This document shows, in pieces, positions 25,860 to 43,404 of a stretch of DNA of 64,000 bases; position 1 is the stretch's first letter, and each line of letters begins with the position of its first letter. The notes beneath the pieces are model-generated. The model worked only from the letters and a program-made list of their open reading frames with translations. It did not search any database and was not told the DNA's origin. The position numbers and the translations under genes are program-made. Source of the DNA: the human T2T-CHM13v2.0 reference genome, Homo sapiens; the NCBI RefSeq assembly GCF_009914755.1, contig NC_060926.1; one strand, 5' to 3'.

Positions 25860-27675
25860 TGACTATTTCATTCCTGCTCTAGGTTTGTACTTGGGTGGAT
25901 GTTTAGGGATTTGCTAGCATGAGTTAGGTGTGATTAGGTATACACTCTGCTCCAGCAAGATTCCAAATACGACAGTTTAACCTTAGAAAATAAAGGGTAA
26001 TGTTAGGCCCTCTGTCTGAAATACTTTCTATTAGGGAAACAGCAGGAGCAGAGATCCTGGGACCAGGCCTGCTGTGCTCCAGGAAGGATGACATCCTGCT
26101 CCTAGTCCCTTCTACAGCAGCCTAGGTGTGGGGACAAGCACCCACGTAGCTGAAGGCGGCATGCACACACTTATACTCACTTGTCTATAAGCTTTCATTT
26201 TTAAACTTTCCCAACTGTAGAGCTCTGGAAAGATGTTCAAAACTGTGCTTTTGCAAAGTAAATGCTATAATCTGTTGGCTTTCTTTTTATCATCAGTAGT
26301 GCTTTCTCATCGTTGTCCAAACTTCCATAGAAAAGGTGAAAACCTTCAGAATAATTGCCACCCTGCCACGTGCTGGGCCTGGCAGCGTCACTCTGCTGGT
26401 GATTTCATGCGTGCTGGGCTTCAGAAGGCTCCCTGGCTCCCACTGTTTCCCACTGGGCTCTCAGACCCCCAGCTCTTCCCTCTCTCACAGGCGATCCTTC
26501 CCAGGTCTCTTTCCTGGCCCCAGACAATTCTCCCTGGGGTAGATGGACTTTTATTTATACTACCTGAGTCCCTTTTTGCTTTCGTTTTTCATTTGGTCTT
26601 TATGTATTTATCAAATATGTACGTGACACCTTTCAAAAGAGCAGATCATTCCATAATGCTTATTATGGAATATAATCCCCGACTCTCTTCCACTGTTCAA
26701 AAGCACTTTTAGCCCTGTCAGCTGACTCTATTGGTACTTACAATCATTTCTCTCTGTAAGTCGCTTAGAGTGCAACTTTTGCTTTTCTGTTTTAGACTGT
26801 ATCTATTAGTGTCCTACAGCAGGAGATGAAGATTTAAACTATCACTTCCTGTATCCCCATCTTCCCAATATAGTTACATCATAGTCAATGTTTACTTAAT
26901 TATGACCATGTAAACTCTGTTCATAGCTGAGCCATATAATACACTATGATTACTTTTCCATTCTTGAACAATTTTTAAGCTCTAAAATTAAGAATTGTAT
27001 TTTCTGTTTGCTATGTTTAAAAGCAATTCTCATTTATTCACTCCCAAATTGTCTCCCAATTGTTTAAATACCCTTTTCATACACTGATGCATACCAGGTA
27101 TCTATTTCTGTCATTGTCTTAGAGGCCTCTCTTTCATAGCCTTCTAACAGGTCCCTTTGGCCTCGTGTTGTTATCCTGAGATCTCAATGCGGCGTCACAC
27201 TGAGGATTCTCTCTATGATTGAATCCTCTGTTCCCTGGATTCCATGTTTCTCACTTATTTTGATAAAATAACTCTTTTGTAGCCTCCTGAAAAAGAGGTC
27301 ATAGAAAAGAAGTTTTTCAGACCTTACATGCCTGAAACTGTCTTTTGTCTAGCTTCATATATAATTTATAAAATATGATATGACATTGTAGTTGGGTTGG
27401 ATATAGAATTCTAAGTTGGACATAATTCTCCTGAGATATTTGAAGGAATTTCTTCTTGACTTTTATCTTACAGTGTGCTCTAGAGAAATCTGAAGCCATA
27501 CTGCTTTTTATCTTTAGTTAATCACCATCTTTTTTATTTTTTAACCTCTGGAGACATTCAGGATTTTACATTTAACCCCAGAGTTCTGAAATTTCATGAT
27601 GGTCCCATCAGGTACAGGATAATTTTTGTCTCCTACTCTTGAAAACACAAGATCCTCAATGAAACCTTTTCCTCC

Positions 27676-27966
27676 CACTAGTTTCTCACCTGGATGTCTC
27701 CAGGATGACCCTACTTCTACGGCTCTCAGTTTTCTTGTTTGCAAAATGTGGATAATATTCATGGAGTACTTGAGAAATTGAAACTTTAATATCAGTGACT
27801 GTAAGTGAAAACTGAAAAAGCACTCCATATTTTTAAGTTGTTATAATTACTACCATTATTTTATCCGAATGAATCTTTCCATATATTTGCTTTTGTTTTG
27901 CTGTTTTTTCTTTCAGAGACAGGGTCTCACTCTGTTTCCCAGGCTGCAGTGCAGTGGTGTGTTCAC
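27676..27966 (-). repeat. Inverted duplicate of about 30095-30701 (AluJ 3' end plus flank, without the AluSc)
   Basis: Reverse-complement match such as tgcaaaatgtggataatattcatggagtacttgagaaatt versus aatttctcaagtactccatgaatactatccacattttgca; flanked by an 18/21-identical direct repeat. Confidence 0.92.
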
Positions 27967-28608
27967 TTTGAATGAAAACCAGAGATCCTCAATCCTAGGA
28001 CATTTTTGCATGTTATTTCTTTATTATTTCCTTTCTTCTATTTTCTTGTTTCACACAGAACTCGATTTCTCTTTGAATGCTAGACTTCCTAAACTGATTG
28101 TCTATAGTTATTATGTTCCCCTCTTAATTTTCAGTTCTTTATCTTTTTTGCCCCACTGTCTTAGAGATTCCTTCAACTTTATCTTTCAGTCCTGCTAATA
28201 GGCTACACATTTCTCCTATCATATACTTAATTCCCCAAATTTCTCTCTTATTCTCCATTTATTTTCTCTTTCTAAAGAATTCTGTTCTTCCTACACAAAG
28301 AAAAAATGTTTGGTAAACTCTTTGATGATGTTAATAATGTATGTTTTCAATTACCATCTTCCTGCATAGACTCTGTGTCCTCTATCTTTTTTTTTTTCTT
28401 TTTGTTTTGTTTTGTCTCTTGTTCTTATGGCAGAGGCCTTCGTAAGTTAACTGGTGGACTTTTGTAGCTGTTCATATTTAATAGCGGGACACTAAAAGAT
28501 TTTTGGAAGTTTTGCTGTGTATGGGAATTGTCAACTGTGGGTTTGCTGATAAAGTGAATGACTGGATCATTTTGGAGGAATTATCTTCATATCAGTGGCT
28601 TTTGGTGT

Positions 28609-28969
28609 TGTATTAGCCCATTTTCATGCTGCTGATAAAGACATACCCGAGACTGGGTAATTTATAAAAGAAAAGAAGTTTAATGAACTCACAGTTCCAT
28701 GTAGCTGGGGAGGCCTCACGATCATGGCGGAAGGTGAAAGGCATGTCTTACATGGCGGCAGACAAGAGAGAATGAGAGATGAGCGGAAGGGGTTTCCCCT
28801 TATAAAATCATCAGATCTCATGAGACTTAGTCACTACCATGAGAACAGTATAGGGGAACTGCCCCCATGATTCAACTCTATCCCACTGGGTCCCTCCCAC
28901 AACACTCAGGAATTATGGGAGCTACAATTCAAGATGAGATTTGTGGGTGGACACAGCCAAACCATATCA
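28609..28969 (-). mobile_element. THE1-family solo LTR
   Basis: tgtattagcccattttcatgctgctgataaagacatacccgagactggg ... cagccaaaccatatca; perfect TSD GGTGT. Confidence 0.95.
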
Positions 28970-29861
28970 GGTGTCTTCTCTTGGGCTGATCAGATTTCCC
29001 AGAGCAGAATCCTTGAATCTGTACCTGAAAGCTACAGATCTGTCTACCTGTCCTCTGCAGGTGAAGAGGGCTGGGGCAGTCTCAATATGCAGCTCATAAA
29101 ATTGCCTTTATTTCCTGTTTTCTGTGTGGCAGCCTTGTGATCTATTTTGACTCATGTCCTTCAATTCAGAAACTCTGTCTTTATCTCTTCAGAAAATAAA
29201 ATTCCAGTCTCATCTTGAGGTTGACGAGGGGTTTCCCTGCCTTTCAGGGTAGTGGAAATGAGGGCTTTGATACCTCTCAGACAGCCTTTCGGAGACTCCT
29301 TCAGCTTCCAGCCCTCTCTATACTCCAACTTTTGGAGACACTGGATTAGCCAATTCCTGAGACTTTTGTAAAATTGTAAAATCTTTTTTTCACAGGTGAT
29401 TTAGACATGACTTTTCTAACTGCTAAGTCAGCAACTAACTGTTTTTCTGCTTTCTAACTTCCAAAGTGCTTGCTGTGGAACTTAGAGAACTCCTATTATC
29501 TTTATTTTTATGGGTTAGTGTCTTAAAAGTTGTTGTTGCTGATGTGTTAATGGAATTCTTGGAGGAGTCTGAGGCAAATGCAGGTGTTCAATTTGCCTAT
29601 AAACAGAAGGACCCAAATTAATCTTCCGTCTTCTGCCTTTATTTTGTAAATACTTCTATTTCCTCATGGATGCATTTCCCCTGATACCACCACAACATCC
29701 CCCTCAAAAAAATATAAATGAATAACAGCAAAGTTAGAAATGCAATCAATATTTTCATAACATCCTACCTTTGTCTTTGGTTAGGTACTTAACTCTAATA
29801 AGACCAGGCCAGTTTCTAGTGAGGTGAAGGTGTCTATAATCCTGCTTCTGTTAAACATTTG

Positions 29862-30170
29862 GGCTGGGTGCAGCAGTTCACACCTATCATCCCAGCAATT
29901 TGGGAGACGGAGGTGAAAGTATTGCTTAAGGCCAGGAGTTTGAGGCCAGCCTGGCCAATACAATGAGATCTCATCTCTACAAAAAAATAAAAAATAGGCA
30001 GGCAGGGTGGCACACACCTAAGCCCCAGGTACTAGGGAGGCTGGGGCAGGAGGATGGCTGGAGTCCAGGAGTTCAAGGCTGCAGTGAACTATGGTCATAC
30101 CATGGCACTCCAGCCTGGGCAACAGAGTGAGACCCTGTCTCTAAAAGAAAAAACAACAAAACAAAAACAA
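29862..30170 (+). mobile_element. AluJ
   Basis: Diverged Alu with J diagnostics (ggagttcaaggctgcagtgaactatg, gagaccctgtctc). Confidence 0.9.
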
Positions 30171-30230
30171 ATATATGGAAGGTTTCATTCAGATAAAATA
30201 ATGTAATAATTGTAACAACTTAAAAATGTG

Positions 30231-30553
<323 letters not shown>

Positions 30554-31077
30554 TCACTTACAGTAACTGATATTAATCTCTTTTAATTTCTCAAGTACTC
30601 CATGAATACTATCCACATTTTGCAAAACAAAAACAAAAACAAAAACACCTGAGAGTCATAGAAGTGGGACGGGCCTGGAGACATCTCAGTGGGAACCAGT
30701 GCAAGCCCAATGCCAAGCCACGACTCTCACTGCAGACCCTGCACTCTATCTACCATGCCACATTGGATCTGGTGCTTTTCTCACAGCTAAACTGATAAGG
30801 CCACATTCTGCCCATAAATAAAAATCAGAGTGAATTGCATTCAACTCTCTTCTTTGCAAATGAGGAGAGTATGTAAGGCAACTCCAGAATGAGGGCTCAA
30901 CTGGAACCTGTTACTTGAAAACAAGAGAGTTGTAGTAACTAATACAAACTCAAGTCAAAAAGTCATATAGAATGAGAGTAGAAAAAAGCCACCCAAATGA
31001 AGACTTAAAAATCAAGAGTAGCAAGCTTATAAAAATTAAATTGAATTTCCATCAACGACAGCAAACTGGTAGGGCAC

Positions 31078-31805
<728 letters not shown>

Positions 31806-32010
31806 GGAACCCAAAATACATTGAACCTGAAGGAGCCCTATCTATCAACCCGTTACCTACTCAACACTGTTCCCAGGCACTTATAGAGGTTCGAAGACTC
31901 AGTGTTATTCGTCAAGAAAGCTTATGATCAATCTGGGCGGGGAGAGTCCAAATATTAAAAAAATGAGAGGCTGGCACACAGCACCAACCTGTCCTGGTTG
32001 CTGGCCGCCT

Positions 32011-32105
32011 GTGCTCCCCTCTGCAGGAGCACGTGCTCCCCTCTGCAGGAGCACGTGCTCCCCTCTGCAGGAGCACGTGCTCCCCTCTGCAGGAGCACGT
32101 GCTCC
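32011..32105. repeat. 22-bp minisatellite (GTGCTCCCCTCTGCAGGAGCAC) x4.3
   Basis: Four identical units at 32011, 32033, 32055, 32077 plus a partial unit. Confidence 0.98.
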
Positions 32106-33003
32106 TGGCCCTGTCTGCTCCCTAGAGGCTGAGTCTGGTTTCTCTGCCTGCCCCTCCCTCCTCTCCCACTCCCTGCCTGCACTCTAGCTTCGAGCCAAAA
32201 TGAACATCTGAGACCTCACAATGTTTCATTCCCTTAACGTTCCTGACTTTGTGTGTCCCAGCACTCCTGATGGTTCTCGCAACTCTGCAAACAGACCTAT
32301 AAGTTTCCTACAAAATGCTCACGGCATCTCCAGAACTCGGTTGAAGTGTGGCTGCCTTCAGAAGACTTTTCCCTGAGCACTTTCTGAGACCAGCTCAGGG
32401 GTTCCTTTTCTCTGCTCCCATCCTTTCCTGGGCTCCCTTCTGCAGTGACACCTGAGTGGCTCTCCTGGCACCCGATTAGGCTTAAGCTCCGCCAGGCTGA
32501 GTTTCCTCCAGGCCAGGGTTGTGTGGGGCCTGCTGCGGGTGAGAGGGCAGTGCCCGCATCCCCAGCGCCCTTCTCCCTCTCCCAGCACACACCAAACCTC
32601 TCTTTGTGTTGCTTGACAAACACAAGAGCTTTTATTTTAAAACTGGGAGAAAATAAATTAGAGAAAGAAATGAAAAAGCACCTCCCCACCCCTCATCCCT
32701 TGGACTGATTTTAAATACCCAGACAGAGAGAAACCAGAGGCAAAAGTGGCCAGGCTTCTCCAAGGCAGTAGCTATCAAAGGCACGTCTGAGGCCTTGGGA
32801 CCCCAGAGACCTTTGCAAGGGATCTGAGGATTGAAAGCTTTTTTCATAGTGACACTAAGACACGCTTTCCCTGTTTCCATTCTCATTCTCTCAATGGAGT
32901 TTCCCGGAGCCTACAGGAACCTGATGGCACCACTGTTCTGACAGTATGTAAAAGGGGTGCATTTTTCAGCTCTAAAAATGTCTCTTTAAAAAAAAAAAAG
33001 AAA

Positions 33004-33355
<352 letters not shown>

Positions 33356-34059
33356 AAATATTTCTCTTTCAATTTCTAACATAATCAGTATCAGTGTATG
33401 CAACCCAAATAAAAAAAAGTCCTGTGGGGACCACAATAATCTTCAAGACTGTGAGAAGTTCCTGCTTCCAGAGAGTTGGAGAATCTCTCCGCCCTAGGGA
33501 GATTTGGGAGGATCCGTGTAAAGCAGAGCTGTCTGGACCCCAAGTGACAAATGGAGTGTTCAGAGGTGGGAGGGGACCCTTGTCTCTGCCTCTAGACAGA
33601 ACCCACTCAAACTTCACAATCCCAAAGAGTGAAGGTTTAGAGAACATCAGAACAGCCACATTGGTGATGACCTAACACCCTGACAGGCTACAGCAAAACC
33701 AATTATTAGGAAGAAGGAAGCAGAGACGCATAGGAAGAAGGCAGGAGACCATGCATTCTTATTTAAGACTCAGACGCCCAACTACCTCCACCACCTCCAA
33801 TAGTCCTGAACTAGGAAGCATTTTTTTTTAAGCCTCTAAGCATGGTGAAACGGCTTTTAGAAAATCCATGCCCCGAGCCGAAGGGGAGAGTGGATGGGTG
33901 GTGAAGTCACCCTTTTTCTTCTGAGACACAGCCATTTGTCATTAATGAACACAAAATATATTCAATTTCCCGAAGCTGCTGCCAGCTCTCTTACAAATTA
34001 GTTCACTTCAGCAAGATTTCACTGAAAATGTCAGTAAAATTATTTTTCTAATTAATTAT

Positions 34060-35430
<1,371 letters not shown>

Positions 35431-35434
35431 GACA

Positions 35435-35926
<492 letters not shown>

Positions 35927-38559
35927 TAATTGTTTTTGCCATCTTTTGCTGTACTAGGAAAATTCTGACAGCAATTTCTGGCTGCTGTTTCACCTTGAGC
36001 TTCCTGCCAAGTGGCACCTGAGAGATGTAGGGTACTTGCAGCTCCCAGCAGGCCACAGTGGAACGGTTTCCACTCAAACATTGACAATTTGGAAAGCAGA
36101 GGCATTTGAAGGAATATATACATAACAAATTCACTTACTGAGACTATTCCCTTAAGATGGTAGATAATTCAGGAATACTATTTTTACAATAGATATTTAC
36201 ATTCATAATTACTGATTTCCGATTGCCAGTACATGTGGCAAAATAATTTTGGGGGATGATGTGTGCTCGAGTGTGAGAAACATAAAGATACAAGATCAGT
36301 ATAATATATATACACATACAAACACATACAATGAGAATAGTTGTATATGAGATATATAAATACATAGGTTTATACAGATGTAATATCTATTATGTCTACT
36401 TAATTGCATATAAAGAGGTAGATAGAAATGAAGAAATAAAATAAATTAGTCATTTTATGAAAGAATTCATGATCCTCCATAAGACTCCAAATCTTATCTA
36501 ATAGTTAAAATGTAATTAACTGGATTTTTAAAGGTACAATTCATATTCAGTATCGCAGGGACACATATATTTCAATACACGAGGTAGACATGGAAAATAA
36601 TTCACATTTATTTACACTTGAAAGCCATAGTTATTAATGCCTGCTAATCTCCCTACACAAATTCTGAAATACCAACACCTAGCCGTAAATAGCTTGAAAG
36701 TGTGACCATAAAGAATGTGCCCATAGGTGGATTATCTTAGGGAGATTAACCTGCTTTTTAATTCATTCAATTATTAGAATATTAAAAATTAAGCACTAAC
36801 ACTTTCAAAGTGCCAAAAAGACCCAAACACAATAATAACTCAGAAAGCTCGGACAAATAAATATAGGGACTTTAAAACCATAGCCACTTACAAAGGAATT
36901 CAGGAAAAATTTAATTTGATTCAAAGAGGTTTAAATCAAACAAATGATTATCAGAATGAAAATAATGCTTTGATCAAATGGTTTTTTTTAATTTTAAAAT
37001 CTCATACGAACTACAGTGTTATCCTATGTTTACCAGAGTCATTTATCAGTATATCTATCCACTTTCCAGAATGGGGAAAAAAAAATAAAAGCTGTTACAT
37101 CAGCATTTTTTTAGCCTTCTCCTTTCTACACATTAGGCCTTTCTTGTGTGTGTCTTCTAGAAAATTTGCATTTAGAGAAAGGAAATTTTAATCACTTGAA
37201 GAAACATCCTCTTGATCACACCAAAATCTTTCACTCCAAATTCCAAGCCATTAAAACTTGACCCACATTACAGAAATGATGGCACCATGGCCAAAAACTC
37301 TGCTTCCTCCCCCTAAACTCAACTTAGTGATTATATTTTCTTTTTCTTTTTTTTTTTTTTTTTTTGGCCTTGTCTCAGTCTCTTATGTAGATCAGTTTCC
37401 CCCACAGCTCAGTAATGAGATGAGGTAAGCCACGCCTATTCCAAATTACAGAGACCTAGGAAGGCAAAGGTGGAGAGGAAATAAGAGGACTCTAAAATAA
37501 GTATGGAAGTAAACACTCCTTGCTCCCAGCTTTGGCCCACCAGTAAACACAGGCTCACAACGTTTCTCCTTTGTAGATTCTGAACAAGTTTCATGAGCCA
37601 GTATCTCACAAACATCTGCCTTCATTATAATTATATTTCTATTTCAGCTGCACCAAGCTATTTACAGATGAGCCTGTTCATAAAGAGCTTTATAATTAAG
37701 CAAACAGAAATATCTTTTTATAGGATGCAGATCTAGGGGTGATAATCACACACAAAATACACAGCAACAGTTGCAAATAGAGTGTTTAACGCTAGTTATA
37801 TAGTTAGTGATGTGCTCAATAAAGCCTGACATGTCTTTGTTCCTAAATACGAGAAAATATGGTCTTTGCTACACAGCAGTGTAAACTGTCTTCTTTTCCT
37901 ATTTTTTTAAGCAAAGGCCATATTTTTCAGGGTGGGTTCTTAAAATATATGTGTGTATGTGTTTTATATAACAACGGGGTCATAACACACATTCTCTGGC
38001 TTAGTAGGGCTTGAAATATGCCTGGGATTTGGAGACAGCTGATTCTAAATATAAGCAGCAACGTATGGTGGCACAGAGTATGACAGATTAAATTAGTAGA
38101 TAGTAGAGAGTATCTGATGGTACTATGGAAGTTGCTGCCAGACAAAAAGAAACGTACGATACTTATCACGGCAGAAAAAGGAATTGCTCCTGTTCCAATT
38201 AAAATCTGCCTAAAGCCTTGGACATTTCCCAAGAAGGCCAGTCTTTGCTCCTGTACGTTCCCGTAACTCTTACCTGAAACCTCCCCCTGTCTCAATGCTT
38301 CAAAGCTGTCACTTGCAGAAAATATTTGCAAATCTTCTTGACCATCCAGAAGTCATGAAATCCCAAAGACTGGGCAGGAAAAATAGCCATTGTTTGCTAA
38401 GATTCAGCCTTGGCACAGAAAGGTTCACATACATCAAACAACACTTTGTTTTAGAAGATATGTGTGCAGCTCATATACTGCTCCTGAGAGTATATAGTGG
38501 TGCAATGCTTTAGAAAATGAATTTAATTAGACACACACACACACACACACAGAATAAGT

Positions 38560-39060
38560 CTAAAAATAGTAATGTCCTTTGACCTGGTAATTACAATTGT
38601 ACCAATAATTATGAAGAAAAGAAAACCCGAAAAGCATCAATAAAATAACTTTTATGCAGCAAGATATTTGTCATTGTCATAATGTTTACTATTATCATAA
38701 AATAAAAATGGAATGTCCTCAGATGTCCAACTATAGGGAAATGGTGAAATAATTTATGGCAGATACATTCAGTGGAATAGCCTATAGCCATAATATATTT
38801 GTTGTCTAAAAGTTTATAACGATTTGGAGGAATATTTATAATATTAATGAGTAAAATTGGGTGAATGACACAATATAATCTCAACTGTGTACATATGAAA
38901 GTACAATAGATGGAAGGAAATACATCAAAATATTTAAAGTGATTAAAAGGGAAATGGGTATAGACAGATTTCATTTTATTCTTATTAGTTAAATGTATTT
39001 TCCAAATTTTCTATAATAAACATTTACAAATTTCAGGTTCAATAAAGGGTATTTTTAAAA
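38560..39060 (+). mobile_element. Old L1ME/MC 3' end
   Basis: cctttgacctggtaatt ... atgtccaactatagggaaatgg ... ggaaggaaatacatcaaaatattt ... ttccaaattttctataataaacat. Confidence 0.7.
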
Positions 39061-39301
39061 CTATAACCAACCTCAATGTCCATCATAATGATAAAATTGG
39101 AGTTGCTTAGTTCTATTGTGGAAGGCTGGCATCATGTTTTCCGACAGACTCAAGTAACCAAACATTTTCTATGATCGAAGTGTAGCTGTGTCTCTGGTCC
39201 ACTTTCTACCAGTCTGCTAGAATATGCATGGGAGGATTCCAAGGGTTTAAAGCATGTGTTACAAGCATAACTGTATTTGTTCTTTAAGAAAAGGAAGATG
39301 A

Positions 39302-39599
39302 GGCCGGGCGAGGTGGCTCACGCCTGTAATCCCAGCACTTTGGGAGGCTGAGGTGGGTGGATCACCCGAGGTCAGGAGTTTGAGACCCCAGCCTGGCCAA
39401 CATGGAAAAACCCCATCTCTACTAAAAATACAAAAATTAGCCAGCGTGGTGGGGCATGCCTCTAATCCCAGCTACTCAGGAAGCTGAGTCAGGAGAATCA
39501 CTTGAACCCAGGAGGCAGAGGTTGCAGTGAGCCAAGATCATGGCCACTGCACTCCAGCCTAGGTGACAGAGTGAGACTTCATTTCAGAAAAAAAAAAAA
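39302..39599 (+). mobile_element. AluSx-like
   Basis: Full Alu; TSD gaaaaggaaga. Confidence 0.93.
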
Positions 39600-39917
39600 T
39601 GGGAAAAGGAAGAAGAGAGCACTGGCAGAGAAGCCCCTGGCTCCGGTGTGGAATGTGTCATTTCAACATAGTTTGTCTGTCTTTTGCTTGAGTCTCTCTC
39701 CTGGTCTGTGTGCGTGTTTATGTTTCTTATTTTCCTCCAAGCCTCCACATCTGCTTCTTAGGCCTTTCTCTCTCCATAACGTGTAATGAAAAAGGGAGAA
39801 GAAACTCTATTGAGTTCCTTCAGTGTGCCTAGTGACATTCAGTTTTGTGGAATCTTTCCATCTTCACTCCTTTCATGAGGAATTGTTGTCATAACCCCAT
39901 TTTAAAGGTGAGCCGAA

Positions 39918-40250
<333 letters not shown>

Positions 40251-40916
40251 CTATCCTGCTATTAGGGGCAAAGTAGAAATTCAGATTTTGGGTGTGTCTG
40301 TCTAAATCCCAGCTGATGAATGAATCAATTCTTCTCCCATGTTTTCCATGTCGTCTCTCTGATATTGGACTCAGAAGACCCCCTGTAGGGGGACTTGAGT
40401 GTGAACTTCAGCAAATAGATCATGCTTCCCAAGTTCACATACAACCCAATGCATATCAGTCACCCATCAATTTATCTAATACACTTGACCTACTTCCACA
40501 ATCAGCTTTCATAACCTAAACAGTTAAATGTAGTATGAATTAGAAAAAAATAAAGTAAAACCAAGGCAGTTTAAAAGAGTGGAGTAATTGTTACTTAACA
40601 TCTGATTGCCCCAGCCAGTGGCTGATTTCTAACCACTGTGTGAAGGGCTCCTTCCTTTCGGTTTCATTAAACCTGCTTCCTTTTTGTTTAAAGGTATGTT
40701 TTCTGATTGTTGGTGTCCAGGATTTGGTAAACTTGAACACAGACATTCAGGTTTACTGTCTTTCACAATGGTGTGGGCCTGGAGCACGTTCCCTGGGCTT
40801 CCCAGATCAAAGTATGTCTACACCTCTTGCCCTGTCTGGAGACATCAGGTAGCTTTCCTGAAATGAAACTACCTAGGTTTAACATGCTAGTTCTGGATTT
40901 GAATGGACTATGGCCC

Positions 40917-41276
40917 TGTATTAGTTCATTTTCATGCTGCTGATAAAGACATATCTGAGACTGGGTAATTTATAAGGAAAAAGAGGTTTAATTGACTCAA
41001 AGTTCCACGTGGCTGAGGAGACCTCACGATCATGGCGGAAGGTAAAAGGCATGTCACACATGGTGGCAGACAAGAGAAGAGAACTTGTGCAGGGAAACTC
41101 CCCTTTTTAAAACCATCCAAACTCATGAGACTTATTCACTATCACAAGAACAGCATGGGAAAGACCCATCCCCATGATTCAGTTACCTCCCACCAGGTCC
41201 CTCCCACAACAAGTGGAAATTGTGGGAACTATAAATCAAGATGAGATTTGAATGGGGACACAGCCAAACCATATCA
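40917..41276 (-). mobile_element. THE1-family solo LTR
   Basis: tgtattagttcattttcatgctgctgataaagac ... cagccaaaccatatca; TSD ggccc/ggctc. Confidence 0.93.
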
Positions 41277-41391
41277 GGCTCTTTCTCCAGCATTTTCAAT
41301 CTTTGTATCTTGCCTAACTTCTTTTCTGAAAACAAACAAACAACCACAACGACAAAACCATTCTCCAAAAGCCCCATCTAAAAAAAGAAAG

Positions 41392-41709
41392 TTTTTTTTT
41401 TTTTTTTTTTTTTTTTTTTGAGATGGAATCTCGCTCTGTCACCCAGGCTGGAGTGCAGTGGCGCGATCTCGGCTCACTGCAAGCTCTGCCTCCTGACTCA
41501 CGCCATTCTCCTGCCTCAGCCTCCCGAGTATCTGAGACTACAGGCACCCGCCACCACACCCGGCTAATTTTTTTTTTTTTTTTGTATTTTTAGTAGAGAT
41601 GGGGTTTCACCGTGTTAGCCAGGATGGTCTCGATCTCCTGACCTCGTGATCTGCCCGCCTTGGCCTCCCAAAGTGCTGGGATTACAGGCGTGAGCCACCG
41701 CACCCAGCC
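41392..41709 (-). mobile_element. AluY
   Basis: gcaagctc, cacgccattctcc, gttagccaggatggtctcgatctcctgacctcgtgatc; T28 tail. Confidence 0.95.
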
Positions 41710-41840
41710 AAGAAAGAATTTTTACTTGCTCAGATGCTCCTCTATCTGCCATCCTGATTCTCTCCTTTCACAGCCCAAGTATTAATATCCTTTCTCAGAA
41801 CCCTGGAATTTAGCATCATCCTGGCTGGCTGTCATCTGTG

Positions 41841-42015
41841 TGGGGCCAGCTTTGTAGCCATAGGAGCTGTACAGTCACACAAGGCTCTGCACCGAGGAGA
41901 GTCCTGTGCTTAGTTTAATACTCACTCGGTTGTCACCATCGAAAAAGTCTTATGAATGTTAGAACAAGGGGCCCGTGTTTTTGTTTTGCACTGGACTTGA
42001 ACTTGTCCACTAGTC
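41841..42015 (+). mobile_element. MER91A-like (hAT-Tip100) fossil
   Basis: ggggccagctt ... tgtacagtcacacaaggc ... gaacaaggggccc ... ttttgcactgg. Confidence 0.7.
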
Positions 42016-43404
42016 TAGTGCCACAGCCCACTTCAGGGCTGGTCACCATTCCCCACCCGGCTGTCCCTGTCTTGTGTTCTTTGCTGGTGAGTCTCTGGAA
42101 CACTTACACAGTCAGCCACTGCTCCTGAGCCTCCCTTGCTGCTGTTCTGTTTGTTTCTCTCTTCTCCTTCTGAAATAGTTTAGCATTACAGATCTCCTCT
42201 AACTCCCAATGGCACTGCTGCTCCGTACCCCATTCCTTTGTGTTGTCTAGCCTTACCCTAAGGTGGTCCCATGCTCCCACACTGGCCTTTTCTTTCTCTT
42301 TTTTCTCTTTTTGGAGTTCACACTACTCCTAAAGCTTCATCTAGCACTTCTATGGGATTGACTTTTTAAAAAATGGTGTTTTCCACAACTTTTCTCTCCA
42401 CCACGTTAACCCTGAAGTTCCAGGTACTGACGTGCTTTAACTCAACTCTGCCCAGCAAATACACTCAGCAAATAGAAAATCCTACTCATCACTGCTCTCT
42501 TTAAACTGGTGCTTTCTACAGATTTCTTTCTTTGATCAACGAAGCTGTCATTCTATATGAGACCCACACTTTAGTATAATTTCCGAAATATTTCCCATGG
42601 CTACTTCTTTCATCGAACCCATTTTTTAGTCTGCATACATTAACTCTTATAAAAAAACCATTGTTGCAAATCTCCCAAAGCCAAATTCATTGCATCCACA
42701 GCTACGCCATACTTTTTGGTGAGGTCTGAGCCTCCAATGGTTGGAGTTAGTGAAAGCTCTAAGGTTTTTCTCTCACAACCTCTGATGGCATGTCATAACA
42801 AAAATAAGCCTCAGACTGAATTCTGACACATACATCCTTATTAGTCAGTAGGCACAAATGGCATCCAACAACCTGTTGTGTTGGAGTCATGAAGCCCAGC
42901 TCTCATCCTTTCCAACACTCTGTTTTGTGTGAAATATTCACTCGATGCTGATGTGACAATATTCTAGCAGCACCATTCAGCTGACATTCTAGTTCAAGTC
43001 AGGTGACAAAAATCCATCCAGAATCAGCTAAAAACAGTCAGGCTTGGAACACTAAGCTGAGGAGCCTATTCCAAAGGATGCTGGCAATTAGGCTCACTGG
43101 ATTTTTCTCTCTTGTTCGCACAAGGGCAGGATTGACTGCATAATATTTCAAGCCAGTCCACATACGTTTCTTCACCAGTTTTATTTAGGAAGTATTTTAA
43201 TGATGTATTAAGGACTGATGCAACCACCAGCTGAAAAATAAAAAGACTAATACCTTGAAAGTAAGTCACATCAGTGGTGCTTCCAGTCCAAAACCAACTT
43301 CACCTGGAATAACCAGAACTCTGGGATCAATATTCCTTTGCTTTCCTGTTCATGTTCACCTGTTGTATCTGTATGTGTTCCCAAAAAAAGCATGTATGTG
43401 CATA

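Larger units (their letters stand above)
26590..29600 (-). mobile_element. HAL1 / L1 ORF1-derived element, interrupted by an inverted duplication and a THE1
   Basis: cttcccaatatagttac ... gctgagccatataatacactatgattac; ORF 27317-27499 (-) reads ASDFS ... QLRILYPTQL, resembling the L1 ORF1p C-terminus. Confidence 0.7.

Noticed and set aside
32011-32105. CRISPR-like palindromic repeat array
   Set aside because: Units are head-to-tail and identical with no unique spacers, there are no cas genes, and the DNA is primate
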